32,000 bases of DNA from Candidatus Competibacteraceae bacterium (GTDB lineage: Bacteria; Pseudomonadota; Gammaproteobacteria; Competibacterales; Competibacteraceae): assembly GCA_007120095.1 (NCBI GenBank), contig SKOM01000179.1, forward strand, positions 1 to 32,000, given 5' to 3'. Position numbers and translations under genes: made by a program. Under the pieces are notes generated by a model. That model was not told the origin of the DNA. It was given only the letters and a program-made list of their open reading frames with translations, and did not search any database. Below, piece after piece: positions 1-10,845 of the stretch. Positions within the stretch are counted from its first letter, which is position 1, and each line of letters opens with the position of its first letter.

Positions 1-933
1 CCTGATTTGACGTTTGTACACATCAATGAACCCGCAGGGGATGCGGCGTGCAGCGCCCATTTGCTGGAGTTCGATTCTGTGCATGGGCATTGGCAGGAGG
101 CCATCCACGCTGAGGATAATGCCCTGGTGGTCGCGGGTCAGCGCATCACTTACAGCCAGTCCCGCGATCCGGCTGAAGTCGATTGGAACGGGGCAGACAT
201 CGTTCTGGAGTGCAGTGGCAAATTCAAAACCAAGGATAAATTAGCACCCTATTTCGCTAAAGGTGTGCGTAAAATCGTGGTGTCGGCACCAATGCCGGAA
301 AGCGATGGGCTGAATATCGTTTACGGTGTCAATCATCATCTGTATGACGGCCACGACATTATTACCGCCGCCTCCTGCACCACCAATTGCTTGGCGCCGC
401 TGGTTAAAGTGATCCACGAAGGACTGGGCATTCGTCATGGCAGTCTGACCACCATCCACGATATCACCAACACCCAAACCATCATCGACGCGCCGCATAA
501 AGACCTGCGGCGGGCGCGGGCGCTGGGTTTATCCTTGATTCCGACCAGCACCGGCTCAGCCAAAGCCATCGCCGCCATTTTCCCGGAACTGCGCGGCAAA
601 CTTGATGGTTTAGCCGTGCGGGTGCCCTTGCTCAATGCCTCACTGACGGACTGTGCTTTTGAGGTCGAACGGGCGACCACGGTGGAAGAAGTCAACGGCC
701 TGCTGCAAACCGCTGCTGAAAATCATTTAACCGGAATTCTCGGCTATGAGGAACGGCCTTTAGTGTCGATTGATTATGTGAACGATGCGCGTTCCAGCAT
801 TGTCGATGCCCTGTCTACTCGGGTGATCAATGGTACACAAGTCAAATTATTGTCCTGGTACGATAATGAATGGGGCTATGTGTGCCGCATGGTGGATTTG
901 ACCCGGCTGGTCAGCCGCAGCCTGAGCGTTTGA
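1..933 (+). CDS. ArsJ-associated glyceraldehyde-3-phosphate dehydrogenase, 5' end cut by the window
   Basis: Frame is open from base 1; protein has the catalytic SCTTNCLAP motif, the WYDNEWGY C-terminal signature, and begins inside the NAD-binding domain ([25 protein letters not shown]). Directly followed by arsJ. Confidence 0.93.
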   Translation, partial: PDLTFVHINEPAGDAACSAHLLEFDSVHGHWQEAIHAEDNALVVAGQRITYSQSRDPAEVDWNGADIVLECSGKFKTKDKLAPYFAKGVRKIVVSAPMPESDGLNIVYGVNHHLYDGHDIITAASCTTNCLAPLVKVIHEGLGIRHGSLTTIHDITNTQTIIDAPHKDLRRARALGLSLIPTSTGSAKAIAAIFPELRGKLDGLAVRVPLLNASLTDCAFEVERATTVEEVNGLLQTAAENHLTGILGYEERPLVSIDYVNDARSSIVDALSTRVINGTQVKLLSWYDNEWGYVCRMVDLTRLVSRSLSV

Positions 934-940
934 GGCGGCC

Positions 941-2161
941 ATGAGCGCGGTGTCCATTCGCCACTATCTGGTGATTACCGCCAGCTACTGGGCTTTTACG
1001 ATCACTGATGGCGCTATCCGCATGCTGGTGGTGCTGTATTTCCACTTGCTCGGTTACAGTCCACTGGAAATCGCCCTGTTGTTCTTGTTCTATGAGATCT
1101 TCGGGGTGGTGACCAACCTGACCGGGGGCTGGCTGGCGGCCCGTATCGGCCTCAATCGCACCATGCATATCGGTATGGCGCTGCAAATCGGGGCCTTATT
1201 GATGCTGACGGTTCCCGATGCCTGGCTCAGCGTCGCCTATGTCATGCTGGCTCAGGCGTTATCCGGGATTGCCAAGGATCTCAATAAAATGAGTGCCAAG
1301 GCCGGGGTCAAGCTGGTGTTACCACAATCGGACAATCCCCAGGGTGGTGCCGATGCCCGGTTATTCCGGTGGGTGGCCATTCTGACCGGCTCCAAGAATG
1401 CCTTGAAAGGGGTCGGCTTTTTCGTCGGCGGTTTGCTGCTGGCGCTGGTGGGTTTCCGGGGTGCCTTGCTGATACTCTCGGCCATGCTGGCGGTGGTGTT
1501 GGTGGTGTCCATGGTGCTGTTGCCCCTGGAAATCGGCAAGACCAAATTTAAAGCTAAATTCCGTCAGGTGTTTGCCAATACCCCGGAAATTAACTGGCTG
1601 TCCGGTGCCCGCCTGTTTTTATTCGGTGCACGGGATGTCTGGTTTGTGGTGGGTCTGCCGGTGTATTTAACCGCTGTGGTCGGCTGGGATAACTGGAAAG
1701 TCGGCGGGTTTTTAGCCTTATGGGTGATCGGCTATGGCGCGGTACAAGCGCTGGCACCGCAGTTGTTTCGCAATCGCCCGCCCGATGGGGTCAGCGCCCG
1801 CTTCTGGGCTTTGGGTTTGGCGGTTTTACCGGCGGCTATGGCGCTGGGTCTGATGAATGAGTTTGACCCCGAGTGGGTTGTGGTCGGTGGGCTGCTGCTG
1901 TTTGGGGTGGTGTTTGCGGTCAATTCCGCACTGCATTCCTATTTGATTTTGCACTATGCTGATCACGATAAAGTGGCCATGAATGTCGGCTTTTATTACA
2001 TGGCCAATGCCGGTGGGCGTTTGGTAGGCACGGTGTTATCTGGTTGGGTGTACCAAACCCAAGGCTTAGTGGGTTGTCTGTGGTGGTCAACTGCCTTGGT
2101 ATTGCTGGCTGCGGCCTTATCGTTGCGCCTGCCCAGTGCCAAGACCCTGGCGACCCCTTAA
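941..2161 (+). CDS. arsJ: Organoarsenical efflux MFS transporter ArsJ
   Basis: 406 aa multi-TM MFS protein starting MSAVSIRHYLVITASYWAFTITDGAIRMLVVLYFHLLGYSPLEIALLFLFYE, characteristic of ArsJ; located 7 bp after the GAPDH gene, as in known gap-arsJ pairs. Confidence 0.93.
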   Translation: MSAVSIRHYLVITASYWAFTITDGAIRMLVVLYFHLLGYSPLEIALLFLFYEIFGVVTNLTGGWLAARIGLNRTMHIGMALQIGALLMLTVPDAWLSVAYVMLAQALSGIAKDLNKMSAKAGVKLVLPQSDNPQGGADARLFRWVAILTGSKNALKGVGFFVGGLLLALVGFRGALLILSAMLAVVLVVSMVLLPLEIGKTKFKAKFRQVFANTPEINWLSGARLFLFGARDVWFVVGLPVYLTAVVGWDNWKVGGFLALWVIGYGAVQALAPQLFRNRPPDGVSARFWALGLAVLPAAMALGLMNEFDPEWVVVGGLLLFGVVFAVNSALHSYLILHYADHDKVAMNVGFYYMANAGGRLVGTVLSGWVYQTQGLVGCLWWSTALVLLAAALSLRLPSAKTLATP

Positions 2162-2322
2162 CAGCGCATGTCCGTCGGGCACGTCCGGGGCACGACCTAC
2201 ACGGTTTCACCATGAGTCCGGGCATCAAGGCGAACGACTATAAATCTGGAGGTCAGAAGGTTAGCGGGACAGGGGGCTAATGGGTAAAATGGCGCTTTGA
2301 TCAGGGATCACCCAATAACTCG

Positions 2323-4131
2323 ATGACCTCAACACCCGATACCTTTACCCCAGCCAGCGGCTGGTTACGCTGGGTTACCGTCGCTTTTGCCGCACTGACA
2401 GTGGGCTTCCATTTATGGATTGCCTTCTCCGGCCTGATTCCTAACCTCACGACCCGGCCTTTGCACATGGCGTTTGCCGTGGCTTGGGTGTTTTTCTTTG
2501 GGGTTGCGATTGCGCAAGGTCGTGGCGGGCGTATCAGTGGCTGGATTATCGGCGCTATCGGCATTGCCGCCTGTGGTTATATTGTCTGGAACCGCCCGGA
2601 ACTGGTGCGTCAATACGGTGCCCTGGATGGCTGGCTGCAGCACGCTGTCGCCATCGCGCTGTTGCTGGTGGTGCTGGAGATGGCGCGGCGGGCGATTAAA
2701 CTGGTGTTGCCTGCCGTGGCGGCGATTGTCTTGACCTATGGGTTTTTGGGGGAACACATTCCCGGTTCCTTTGGTCATGGCGGGATTCCCCTCGATTATT
2801 ATCTGGGCACCTTGACTATTACCGAGGGTGGGCTGTGGGGGTCTTTGACCGGGATTTCGGTCGATACCATCAGCCTGTTCATTATTCTCGGTGCGACCAT
2901 TTCTGCCGGACAGGCCGGTACCGGGTTTATGGCGCTGGCGACGCAAATTGCCGGGCGTTTTCGCGCCGGGGCGGCTAAAGTCGCGGTTGTGTCCTCGGCG
3001 CTGTATGGCACGGTGTCCGGGGTCGCGGCGGCTAACACCGCCTCTACAGGCATGGTGACCATTCCCGCTATGATCCGCCGTGGCTACCCACCCAAACTCG
3101 CTGCTGCGGTCGAAGCAGTGGCGTCCACCGGTGGACAGATTATGCCGCCGATTATGGGAGCCGGTATTTTCGTCATGGCGGAGTTATTGCGGCGACCTTA
3201 TGCGGAAATTATGGTGGCGGCGACTTTGCCGGCTTTGCTGTTTTTCGTCGCCGCCTGGGTTGGGGTCCACATGTTCGCCCTGCGCTATCGTCTGGAAGGT
3301 TTACCGCGCTCGGAGCTGCCCGGCTGGTGGGCGGTGGCGCTGACCGCTCCATTTTTCATGGTGCCTTTCGGTATCTTGATCGGTTCGATTTTATTCACCA
3401 GTTACACCCTGTCTTATGCCGCTGTGTTTGCCACGGTCACGGCGTGGGTGTTATTACTGCCCGGTGATCAGCTCAAACCCTCGCTGCGCGGCTGGTTGTT
3501 GCGCACAGAACAGGCTTTGGTGACCGGGGCGCAGCAGGTGGCGGTGATTGCCGCTGTCATTATTTGTGCCGGTATTATTGTCGGTGTGTTCAATATGACC
3601 GGGCTGGGTGTCAAGCTGACCTCACTGATTTTATCGCTGTCCGGAGGCGAATTGTGGGCGGTGTTATTACTGACCGGCCTGGCCAGTCTGGTGCTGGGCA
3701 TGGAATTGCCCACCACGGCGGCTTACATCATCTGCGTGGCCGTGGCCGGCCCGGCGCTGGTTGCCGTTGGCGTGCCGGAACTGTATGCCCATCTGTTCGT
3801 ATTCTGGTATGCCTTGCTATGCACCATCACCCCGCCGGTGTGTGGCAATGTGTTCATCGCGGCCGGTATTGCTAAAACACCATGGTTGCCGGTCGCGGGC
3901 ACCGCCCTGCGCCTGGGGCTGGGTTTGTTCGTGGTACCCTTAGGCTTTATCGCTAATCCGAGCTTGTTACTATTGGCGAGCGAGCCGTGGCTGGCGCTTG
4001 CTGCTACCCTGAAAGTCGGGATGGGTCTGGCGTTGCTGGCCTATGCGGTGATTGGTGAGGGGGGCCGCCCCTGGAGGCAGTTATTGGCCTTGCCTGCGGG
4101 ATTAACCGTGATTTTTATCGGTGGCGTGTGA
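2323..4131 (+). CDS. TRAP transporter fused permease (DctQM-like small+large subunit)
   Basis: 602 aa, highly hydrophobic; TRAP large-subunit motifs (SGVAAANTASTGMVTIPAMIRRGYPPKLAAAVEAVASTGGQIMPPIMGAGIFVMAE; LVLGMELPTTAAYI; FWYALLCTITPPVCGNVFIAAGIA). Confidence 0.9.
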   Translation: MTSTPDTFTPASGWLRWVTVAFAALTVGFHLWIAFSGLIPNLTTRPLHMAFAVAWVFFFGVAIAQGRGGRISGWIIGAIGIAACGYIVWNRPELVRQYGALDGWLQHAVAIALLLVVLEMARRAIKLVLPAVAAIVLTYGFLGEHIPGSFGHGGIPLDYYLGTLTITEGGLWGSLTGISVDTISLFIILGATISAGQAGTGFMALATQIAGRFRAGAAKVAVVSSALYGTVSGVAAANTASTGMVTIPAMIRRGYPPKLAAAVEAVASTGGQIMPPIMGAGIFVMAELLRRPYAEIMVAATLPALLFFVAAWVGVHMFALRYRLEGLPRSELPGWWAVALTAPFFMVPFGILIGSILFTSYTLSYAAVFATVTAWVLLLPGDQLKPSLRGWLLRTEQALVTGAQQVAVIAAVIICAGIIVGVFNMTGLGVKLTSLILSLSGGELWAVLLLTGLASLVLGMELPTTAAYIICVAVAGPALVAVGVPELYAHLFVFWYALLCTITPPVCGNVFIAAGIAKTPWLPVAGTALRLGLGLFVVPLGFIANPSLLLLASEPWLALAATLKVGMGLALLAYAVIGEGGRPWRQLLALPAGLTVIFIGGV

Positions 4132-4256
4132 ATTTTAGGTGTTGAACTTGATTTTGCCGCCCATGTGGCATAGCTTATGGGCTTTGTTTGGATAAGCGCT
4201 GGCAGGTGCGTTGTGCCCATAGAATACAGCCTATTGCGACAGAGTCGATCGCGGGC

Positions 4257-5096
4257 ATGAAAACGTCATTTTCCCTGGTGAAAAATGTATTACTAAGAAT
4301 TTTGCTGGTCACAGTGACTATGATGGTCATGCTGACGGCCAGCGTTTACTACAATGTTTTTCAGGGCCAGAAAGAAGCCCAGCTCGCACAGCGGCAGTAC
4401 CTGGTGGCTGATCGGGTGATCGTCGACAGCAATCTGATTAAATTAGCAGATTATAATATAGAAAATATTATAGAGGCATTCAATACCCCCTCTGCTTCTG
4501 AATCTGCCGCACGCTATAATGGATTTCAGGTGCATTACTTTTTTGCAGGTCACGCGGCTCACAGTGATAACCCCACGCGGCAGTACGCTTATGAAACCAT
4601 CATTAGACAACTGTATCATGCCGACGCTGCCGTTCAGGTGATTAACGATAAACAAAAAAATAATTATTTAATTGTTGGCAGACTGGATGGCGTCGAGGGT
4701 CTTGTGGTCAATATTCTGCCGGCTCATGAGGTTCATAAAGCCGCTTTCAGTTTCGCTAAAGGTCTGTTCTCACAAAGTACTTTCATATTGTTGGCCACGC
4801 TGCTGGTGACTTATGGTGTCTTACGCTATCAGGTTCAAAATCCACTGGAAAAAATAAGATTGGCTGTAGAGGCCATAGCGAGAGGAGACTATCGGCAGGT
4901 GACACAGGGAGTGATTGAGCTACCGAAGGTGATGGATAATGAGATGGATTTGCTGGCTAACGCTGTGCTGGAAACAGCCATCAACGTCGAGGAAACCCAC
5001 ACTGATCTGGAAAAGAAGCTTCAAGAAAGAACCCAAGCGTTAAAAAACGCTAATAAAGCATTATACGCCACTTATAGCGAACCCACAAAACCGTAG
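4257..5096 (+). CDS. Two-TM membrane protein with HAMP domain and C-terminal coiled coil, no catalytic output domain
   Basis: TM1 ([22 protein letters not shown]), extracytoplasmic segment, TM2 ([14 protein letters not shown]), HAMP-like [17 protein letters not shown], then coiled coil and stop. ATG at 4257 preferred over the upstream ATG at 4188 because a TM follows closely. Confidence 0.65.
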   Translation: MKTSFSLVKNVLLRILLVTVTMMVMLTASVYYNVFQGQKEAQLAQRQYLVADRVIVDSNLIKLADYNIENIIEAFNTPSASESAARYNGFQVHYFFAGHAAHSDNPTRQYAYETIIRQLYHADAAVQVINDKQKNNYLIVGRLDGVEGLVVNILPAHEVHKAAFSFAKGLFSQSTFILLATLLVTYGVLRYQVQNPLEKIRLAVEAIARGDYRQVTQGVIELPKVMDNEMDLLANAVLETAINVEETHTDLEKKLQERTQALKNANKALYATYSEPTKP

Positions 5097-5155
5097 TTGT
5101 GTGCACAACGACTGACATCACATCCTCATCACCCAAAAAGCGGGAGTTAGCGATC

Positions 5156-7309
5156 ATGGCCAAATTTGACCATAAAACCCTAGATGACTGGCAGACTCTG
5201 GCAAGTCGTGAACTCAAGGGTCGAGACCCAGACACATTGCGGCGCGAAACCCCTGAGGGGATTACCATTAAGCCCGTGTACACGGCTGCCGATCTGGAGG
5301 GCCTGGAGCAGGTCAATTCTCTGCCGGGCTTTGCGCCGTTTACCCGCGGGGTTCGGGCCACCATGTACACTGGACGTCCGTGGACGGTACGCCAATACGC
5401 CGGGTTTTCCACCGCTGAAGAATCCAACGCTTTTTATCGGCGCAATCTGGCTGCCGGGCAAACCGGTTTATCCGTGGCGTTTGATCTGGCGACCCACCGA
5501 GGTTACGATTCCGATCACCTGCGGGTCGTAGGCGATGTGGGCAAAGCCGGGGTAGCGATTGATTCCATCGCCGATATGAAAATTCTCTTCGATGGCATTC
5601 CGCTGGATAAAATGTCGGTGTCCATGACGATGAACGGTGCGGTATTACCGGTGATGGCCATGTACATCGTCGCCGCTGAGGAGCAGGGGGTCAGTCCCGA
5701 TAAACTTTCGGGCACCTTGCAAAACGATATTCTCAAAGAATTCATGGTGCGCAATACTTATATTTACCCGCCCGAACCGTCGATGCGGATTGTAGCCGAT
5801 ATCATTGGCTACACCGCCAATCACATGCCACGCTTTAACTCCATATCCATCTCCGGTTATCACATGCAAGAGGCCGGGGCGACAGCCGTGCAGGAGCTGG
5901 CCTTTACCGTGGCTGACGGGGTGGAATACGTCCGTGCGGCCTTGTCCACTGGCCTGAAAGTCGATCAGTTTGCACCGCGCTTATCGTTTTTCTTCGCTAT
6001 TGGCATGAACTTTTTCATGGAAATTGCCAAGCTGCGTGCCGCCCGCACTCTGTGGGCGCAATTAATGCAGGAACATTTCCAGCCCCAAGACGCCCGCTCA
6101 CTGATGCTGCGCACCCATTGCCAGACCAGTGGCGTCAGTCTGACCAGTCAAGACCCCTATAACAATATTATCCGCACCACCGTTGAGGCCATGGCGGCTG
6201 CCCTGGGCGGTACTCAGTCGCTGCACACCAATGCCTTCGACGAAGCCCTGGCTTTACCGACCGATTTCTCAGCGCAAATCGCCCGCAATACCCAATTGGT
6301 GCTGCAAGAAGAAACCGCCATCACTCAAGTGGTCGACCCACTGGGCGGGTCGTATTACATTGAAGCCCTGACCGCCTCTTTGGTTGCCGAGGCTCGTAAG
6401 CTGATCGGCGAAGTCGAGGAACTCGGTGGCATGACCAAGGCGGTCGAGTCCGGTATGCCCAAGCTGCGCATCGAAGAAGCGGCCGCTCGCCGTCAGGCTC
6501 GGATCGACCGTGGCCAAGAAGTCATTGTCGGGGTGAATAAATACCAATCCACCCATGCAGGCGAAGTTGAGGTTCGTGCCATCGACAACACCGCCGTGCG
6601 TGAATCGCAAGTCCGCCGTTTGCAGCAGGTGCGGGCTGAGCGCGATGACGCCGCCTGTCGCCGTACTTTAGAGGCATTAACTCAGGCGGCTGAAAGCGGG
6701 CAGGGTAATTTACTCGCGTTGGCCGTTGATGCCGCACGGGCGCGGGCCACCGTGGGTGAGATTTCCGATGCCTTAGAGAAAATCTGGGGACGGCATCGGG
6801 CGGTGATTCGATCAATTTCTGGTGTGTACGGTTCGGCGTATGAGGGCGATGCCGGTTTTGAAACCATCCGCAAAGACATTGACGCCTTTGCCGAAGAAGA
6901 AGGGCGACGGCCGCGGATGCTGGTGGTCAAGCTCGGTCAAGACGGCCATGATCGCGGGGCTAAAGTCATTGCGACCGCCTTTGCCGATTTGGGCTTCGAT
7001 GTGGACATCGGCCCGCTGTTCCAAACCCCGGAAGAAGCTGCCCGCCAGGCCGTCGAGAGCGACGTCCATGTCGTGGGTGTTTCCAGCCAGGCAGCCGGAC
7101 ATCAGACGCTGGTACCGGCGTTGATTGCCGCACTGAAAGCCGAAGGGTCGGAGGATGTTGCCGTGGTCTGCGGTGGAGTGATTCCACCTCAAGACTATGA
7201 CATGCTGCGTGATGCCGGGGTCGCGGCTATTTATGGGCCTGGCACCAATATTCCGGTGGCCGTCGGTGAGGTCTTGGCATTGATTCGTAGCCGCCACCTA
7301 GCGGCCTGA
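5156..7309 (+). CDS. Methylmalonyl-CoA mutase
   Basis: Single-polypeptide mutase with catalytic domain ([45 protein letters not shown]) and cobalamin-binding [21 protein letters not shown]. Start taken at internal ATG 5156 ([13 protein letters not shown]). Confidence 0.97.
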   Translation: MAKFDHKTLDDWQTLASRELKGRDPDTLRRETPEGITIKPVYTAADLEGLEQVNSLPGFAPFTRGVRATMYTGRPWTVRQYAGFSTAEESNAFYRRNLAAGQTGLSVAFDLATHRGYDSDHLRVVGDVGKAGVAIDSIADMKILFDGIPLDKMSVSMTMNGAVLPVMAMYIVAAEEQGVSPDKLSGTLQNDILKEFMVRNTYIYPPEPSMRIVADIIGYTANHMPRFNSISISGYHMQEAGATAVQELAFTVADGVEYVRAALSTGLKVDQFAPRLSFFFAIGMNFFMEIAKLRAARTLWAQLMQEHFQPQDARSLMLRTHCQTSGVSLTSQDPYNNIIRTTVEAMAAALGGTQSLHTNAFDEALALPTDFSAQIARNTQLVLQEETAITQVVDPLGGSYYIEALTASLVAEARKLIGEVEELGGMTKAVESGMPKLRIEEAAARRQARIDRGQEVIVGVNKYQSTHAGEVEVRAIDNTAVRESQVRRLQQVRAERDDAACRRTLEALTQAAESGQGNLLALAVDAARARATVGEISDALEKIWGRHRAVIRSISGVYGSAYEGDAGFETIRKDIDAFAEEEGRRPRMLVVKLGQDGHDRGAKVIATAFADLGFDVDIGPLFQTPEEAARQAVESDVHVVGVSSQAAGHQTLVPALIAALKAEGSEDVAVVCGGVIPPQDYDMLRDAGVAAIYGPGTNIPVAVGEVLALIRSRHLAA

Positions 7310-7321
7310 TTGAGTATAAAT

Positions 7322-8854
7322 ATGAAAGAAATTGTTGCCGAATTAGATCGTAAACGCGCCGCTGCTCGTTTGGGTGGCGGACAGGATCGGATTGACAAAC
7401 TCCATGCTCAGGGTCGTTTGACTGCCCGTGAGCGGATCGATTTATTGCTGGACAAAGGTAGTTTTGAGGAATGGGATACCTTTGTTGAACACCGGTGCAC
7501 CGAGTTTGGCATGGAGCAGCGGACTATACCCGGTGACGGGGTGGTGACCGGTTACGGCACCATTAATGGCCGCTTAACCTTTGTGTTCAGCCAGGATTTC
7601 ACGGTTTTCGGTGGGTCGTTATCCGAAGCCCACGCAGAAAAAATCTGTAAAATCATGGATCACGCCATTCGAGCAGGGGCACCGGTGATTGGCCTCAACG
7701 ACTCGGGTGGCGCACGGATTCAGGAGGGCATTGCCTCGCTGGCCGGTTATGCCAATGTGTTCCAGCGCAATGTCATGGCCTCGGGCGTGGTGCCGCAGAT
7801 TTCGATGATTATGGGGCCGTGTGCGGGTGGAGCGGTGTATTCGCCGGCGATTACCGATTTTATTTTCATGGTCAAAGACAGCTCCTATATGTTTGTCACC
7901 GGCCCGGAAGTGGTCAAAACCGTCACTCATGAAACCGTCACCCATGAAGAGCTGGGGGGGGCTGTGACCCACTCGACAAGATCGGGCGTGTCGGATCGTG
8001 CCTTCGATAATGATGTCGAGGCGCTGTTATGGTTACGCCAATTCATGGGTTATCTGCCGACCAGTAACCGCGCTCCACCGCCGTGGGTACCGAGTGAGGA
8101 CCCCGCCGATCGTTCTGAGCCGTCGCTGGATGCTTTGGTGCCTAACAATACCAATAAACCCTATAACATGAAGGAGTTGATTTATAAAGTAGTGGATGGC
8201 CAGGAGTTCTTTGAGATCCAACCGGATTTTGCCCAGAATATTTTAATCGGTTTCGGGCGTATGGAAGGCTATACGGTTGGTTTTGTCGCCAACCAGCCTA
8301 TGGTTCTAGCTGGTTGTTTAGATATTGATTCTTCACGTAAAGCCGCCCGATTTGTGCGCTTCTGCGATTGTTTCAATATTCCTATTGTGACTTTCGTCGA
8401 TGTCCCAGGTTTTATGCCGGGCACCACACAGGAATATGGCGGCATCATCAAGCACGGCGCCAAACTGCTGTATGCCTATGCCGAAGCTACGGTGCCGAAA
8501 ATCACCGTGATCACCCGTAAAGCCTATGGCGGGGCTTATGATGTGATGAGCTCTCAGCATCTGCGGGGTGATGTGAATTTTGCTTGGCCCAGTGCTGAAA
8601 TTGCGGTGATGGGACCCAAGGGGGCGGTGGAGATTATCTTCCGCGAACATGCGGGTGATCCTGAAAAAATTGAAGAACTCACCGAGGATTACCGGCAAAA
8701 GTTTGCCAATCCCTTTATTGCCGGTCACCGTGGTTTTATCGAAGATGTGATCAAACCCAGCTTTACCCGCAAGCGTCTCTGCCGTTCGCTGGCTATGCTT
8801 AAGGATAAAAAGTTGGAAAATCCTTGGCGCAAACACGGGAATATTCCACTGTGA
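7322..8854 (+). CDS. pccB: Propionyl-CoA (acyl-CoA) carboxylase beta subunit
   Basis: Carboxyltransferase motifs ([82 protein letters not shown]). Confidence 0.96.
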   Translation: MKEIVAELDRKRAAARLGGGQDRIDKLHAQGRLTARERIDLLLDKGSFEEWDTFVEHRCTEFGMEQRTIPGDGVVTGYGTINGRLTFVFSQDFTVFGGSLSEAHAEKICKIMDHAIRAGAPVIGLNDSGGARIQEGIASLAGYANVFQRNVMASGVVPQISMIMGPCAGGAVYSPAITDFIFMVKDSSYMFVTGPEVVKTVTHETVTHEELGGAVTHSTRSGVSDRAFDNDVEALLWLRQFMGYLPTSNRAPPPWVPSEDPADRSEPSLDALVPNNTNKPYNMKELIYKVVDGQEFFEIQPDFAQNILIGFGRMEGYTVGFVANQPMVLAGCLDIDSSRKAARFVRFCDCFNIPIVTFVDVPGFMPGTTQEYGGIIKHGAKLLYAYAEATVPKITVITRKAYGGAYDVMSSQHLRGDVNFAWPSAEIAVMGPKGAVEIIFREHAGDPEKIEELTEDYRQKFANPFIAGHRGFIEDVIKPSFTRKRLCRSLAMLKDKKLENPWRKHGNIPL

Positions 8855-10845
8855 TGTTTAAAAAAATACTGATTGCTAACCGCGGTGAGATCGCCTGTCG
8901 GGTGATAAAAACCGCGCGAAAAATGGGCATTGCTACTGTAGCGGTATGTTCTGATGTGGATCGGGATGCTTTGCATGTGCAACTGGCGGATGAATCGGTC
9001 TTTATTGGCCCTTCACCCTCGGCGCAAAGTTATCTGCGCATGGAGCGGATCGTCCAGGCGTGCCAGGATACCGGCGCGGAAGCGGTACATCCCGGTTATG
9101 GCTTTTTGTCGGAAAACCCACGGTTTACTCAAGCATTAGATCAGGCCGGTATTGTCTTCATCGGGCCTAATGTCCGGGCTTTGGAAATCATGGGCGATAA
9201 AATCGCCTCCAAGAAACTGGCCATCGAAGCCGGTGTGAATACCGTACCGGGCTGTACCGATGTGGTTCGTGATCCCGATGACGCAGTGCGCATCGCCCGC
9301 GATATCGGTTTTCCCGTTATGCTTAAAGCCAGCGCTGGCGGTGGCGGCAAGGGCATTCGTTTAGCCTGGACCGAAGCCGAATGCCGTGAGGGTTTCCAGC
9401 GCGCCACCAACGAAGCTCAAGCCAGTTTTGGTGATGCGCGGGTATTTATCGAAAAATTCATAGAACATCCGCGCCATATCGAAATTCAGGTGATCGCGGA
9501 TAACCACGGCCAGGTGCTGCACCTTAACGAACGCGAGTGTTCCATCCAACGTCGCCATCAGAAAGTCATCGAAGAGGCTCCCTCGGCGTTTATTGATCCG
9601 GCAACCCGCGAGGCGATGGGGAAACAGGCGATTGCGTTAGCGCGGGCGGTGGATTACCGCTCGGCGGGTACGGTGGAATTCATCGTCGATAAAGACCGCA
9701 ATTTCTATTTCCTGGAGATGAACACCCGTTTGCAGGTCGAGCACCCGGTCACCGAGCTGATTACCGGTCTGGATCTGGTGGAGCTGATGATTCGCGTCGC
9801 GGCCGGAGAGCCATTGGGATTGACGCAGGATCAGATCGGCATTAACGGTTGGGCCATCGAGGCGCGGGTTTACGCCGAAGATCCCTACCGTGGGTTTTTA
9901 CCCGCGATTGGTCGCTTAATGCGTTATCGGCCGCCAGAGGAAAGCCGCCATGTGCGGGTGGATACTGGGGTTACCGACGGCGGCGAAGTGTCGATGTATT
10001 ACGATCCGATGATTGCCAAGCTCATCACTTGGGATCAGGATCGTGACAGCGCTACCCGCCAGATGCGCCACGCCCTCGATTGGTTTTACATCGGTGGTCT
10101 GGCGAATAACATCCCGTTTCTCGCCGCGCTGATGAGCCACCCGCAGTTTAAATCTGGCGATATCAGCACGAATTTTATTGCGGAACAATACCCGGACGGT
10201 TTCCAGTCGCCAGTGCCCCCTGAGGCTGAGCGGAATATTCTGGTTGCTGTTGCCGCAGCGGTGCATCGTGATCATGTTGATCGTGACGCGTCGATTACGC
10301 AGCAGCTCCCCGGCCATGAGCATTGTCCGGGTGACGACTGGGTGGTAGTGGTCGATGGTGTGCACTATCCGCTGACGATTCGCCGTGATGCCGCTGGGTT
10401 TACCGTCGAGGCCGCTCATCAAACGCAACCCATGCGGATTGACATCGTGTGGCAACTGGGCGATCCGTTGTTTGAAGCGCGTATTGATGGTGAGTTGGTC
10501 TGTGTGCAAGTTGAACGCGATGGGGTCGCTTATCAGTTATTCCATCACAGTTTCTGCATCAAGGCGCTGGTATTGACTCCAAGTGTGGCCGAGTACCAAA
10601 AGCGCATGTTGGACAAACCGGCACCGGATCTCAGCAAATACCTGCTCTCGCCTATGCCGGGCTTATTAGTGCAGATGCTGGTCAAACCGGGTGAAGAGGT
10701 GAAAGCCGGGCAGGATTTAGCCATTATTGAAGCGATGAAAATGGAAAATGTGCTGCGTGCTGCCCGCGATGGTACCGTGAGTCAAGTACGGGTTGAAGCG
10801 GGTGCCAGTTTGTCAGTGGATCAGGTCATTATTGAGTTCACATGA
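8854..10845 (+). CDS. pccA: Propionyl/acetyl-CoA carboxylase alpha subunit (biotin carboxylase + biotin carboxyl carrier)
   Basis: [18 protein letters not shown] start; ATP-grasp region KASAGGGGKGIRL; C-terminal biotinylation motif EAMKMEN. Start overlaps the pccB stop (TGATG). Confidence 0.96.
   Translation: MFKKILIANRGEIACRVIKTARKMGIATVAVCSDVDRDALHVQLADESVFIGPSPSAQSYLRMERIVQACQDTGAEAVHPGYGFLSENPRFTQALDQAGIVFIGPNVRALEIMGDKIASKKLAIEAGVNTVPGCTDVVRDPDDAVRIARDIGFPVMLKASAGGGGKGIRLAWTEAECREGFQRATNEAQASFGDARVFIEKFIEHPRHIEIQVIADNHGQVLHLNERECSIQRRHQKVIEEAPSAFIDPATREAMGKQAIALARAVDYRSAGTVEFIVDKDRNFYFLEMNTRLQVEHPVTELITGLDLVELMIRVAAGEPLGLTQDQIGINGWAIEARVYAEDPYRGFLPAIGRLMRYRPPEESRHVRVDTGVTDGGEVSMYYDPMIAKLITWDQDRDSATRQMRHALDWFYIGGLANNIPFLAALMSHPQFKSGDISTNFIAEQYPDGFQSPVPPEAERNILVAVAAAVHRDHVDRDASITQQLPGHEHCPGDDWVVVVDGVHYPLTIRRDAAGFTVEAAHQTQPMRIDIVWQLGDPLFEARIDGELVCVQVERDGVAYQLFHHSFCIKALVLTPSVAEYQKRMLDKPAPDLSKYLLSPMPGLLVQMLVKPGEEVKAGQDLAIIEAMKMENVLRAARDGTVSQVRVEAGASLSVDQVIIEFT

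Noticed and set aside
2413-2946. 177-aa minus-strand ORF inside the TRAP permease
   Set aside because: Polar, repetitive-looking translation antisense to a TM gene; artefact.
6812-7297. 161-aa minus-strand ORF inside the mutase gene
   Set aside because: Antisense to the B12-binding domain of methylmalonyl-CoA mutase; no domain of its own.
8333-8836. 167-aa minus-strand ORF inside pccB
   Set aside because: Antisense to conserved carboxyltransferase coding sequence.
9916-10509. 197-aa minus-strand ORF inside pccA
   Set aside because: Antisense to conserved pccA coding sequence; low-complexity shadow ORF.
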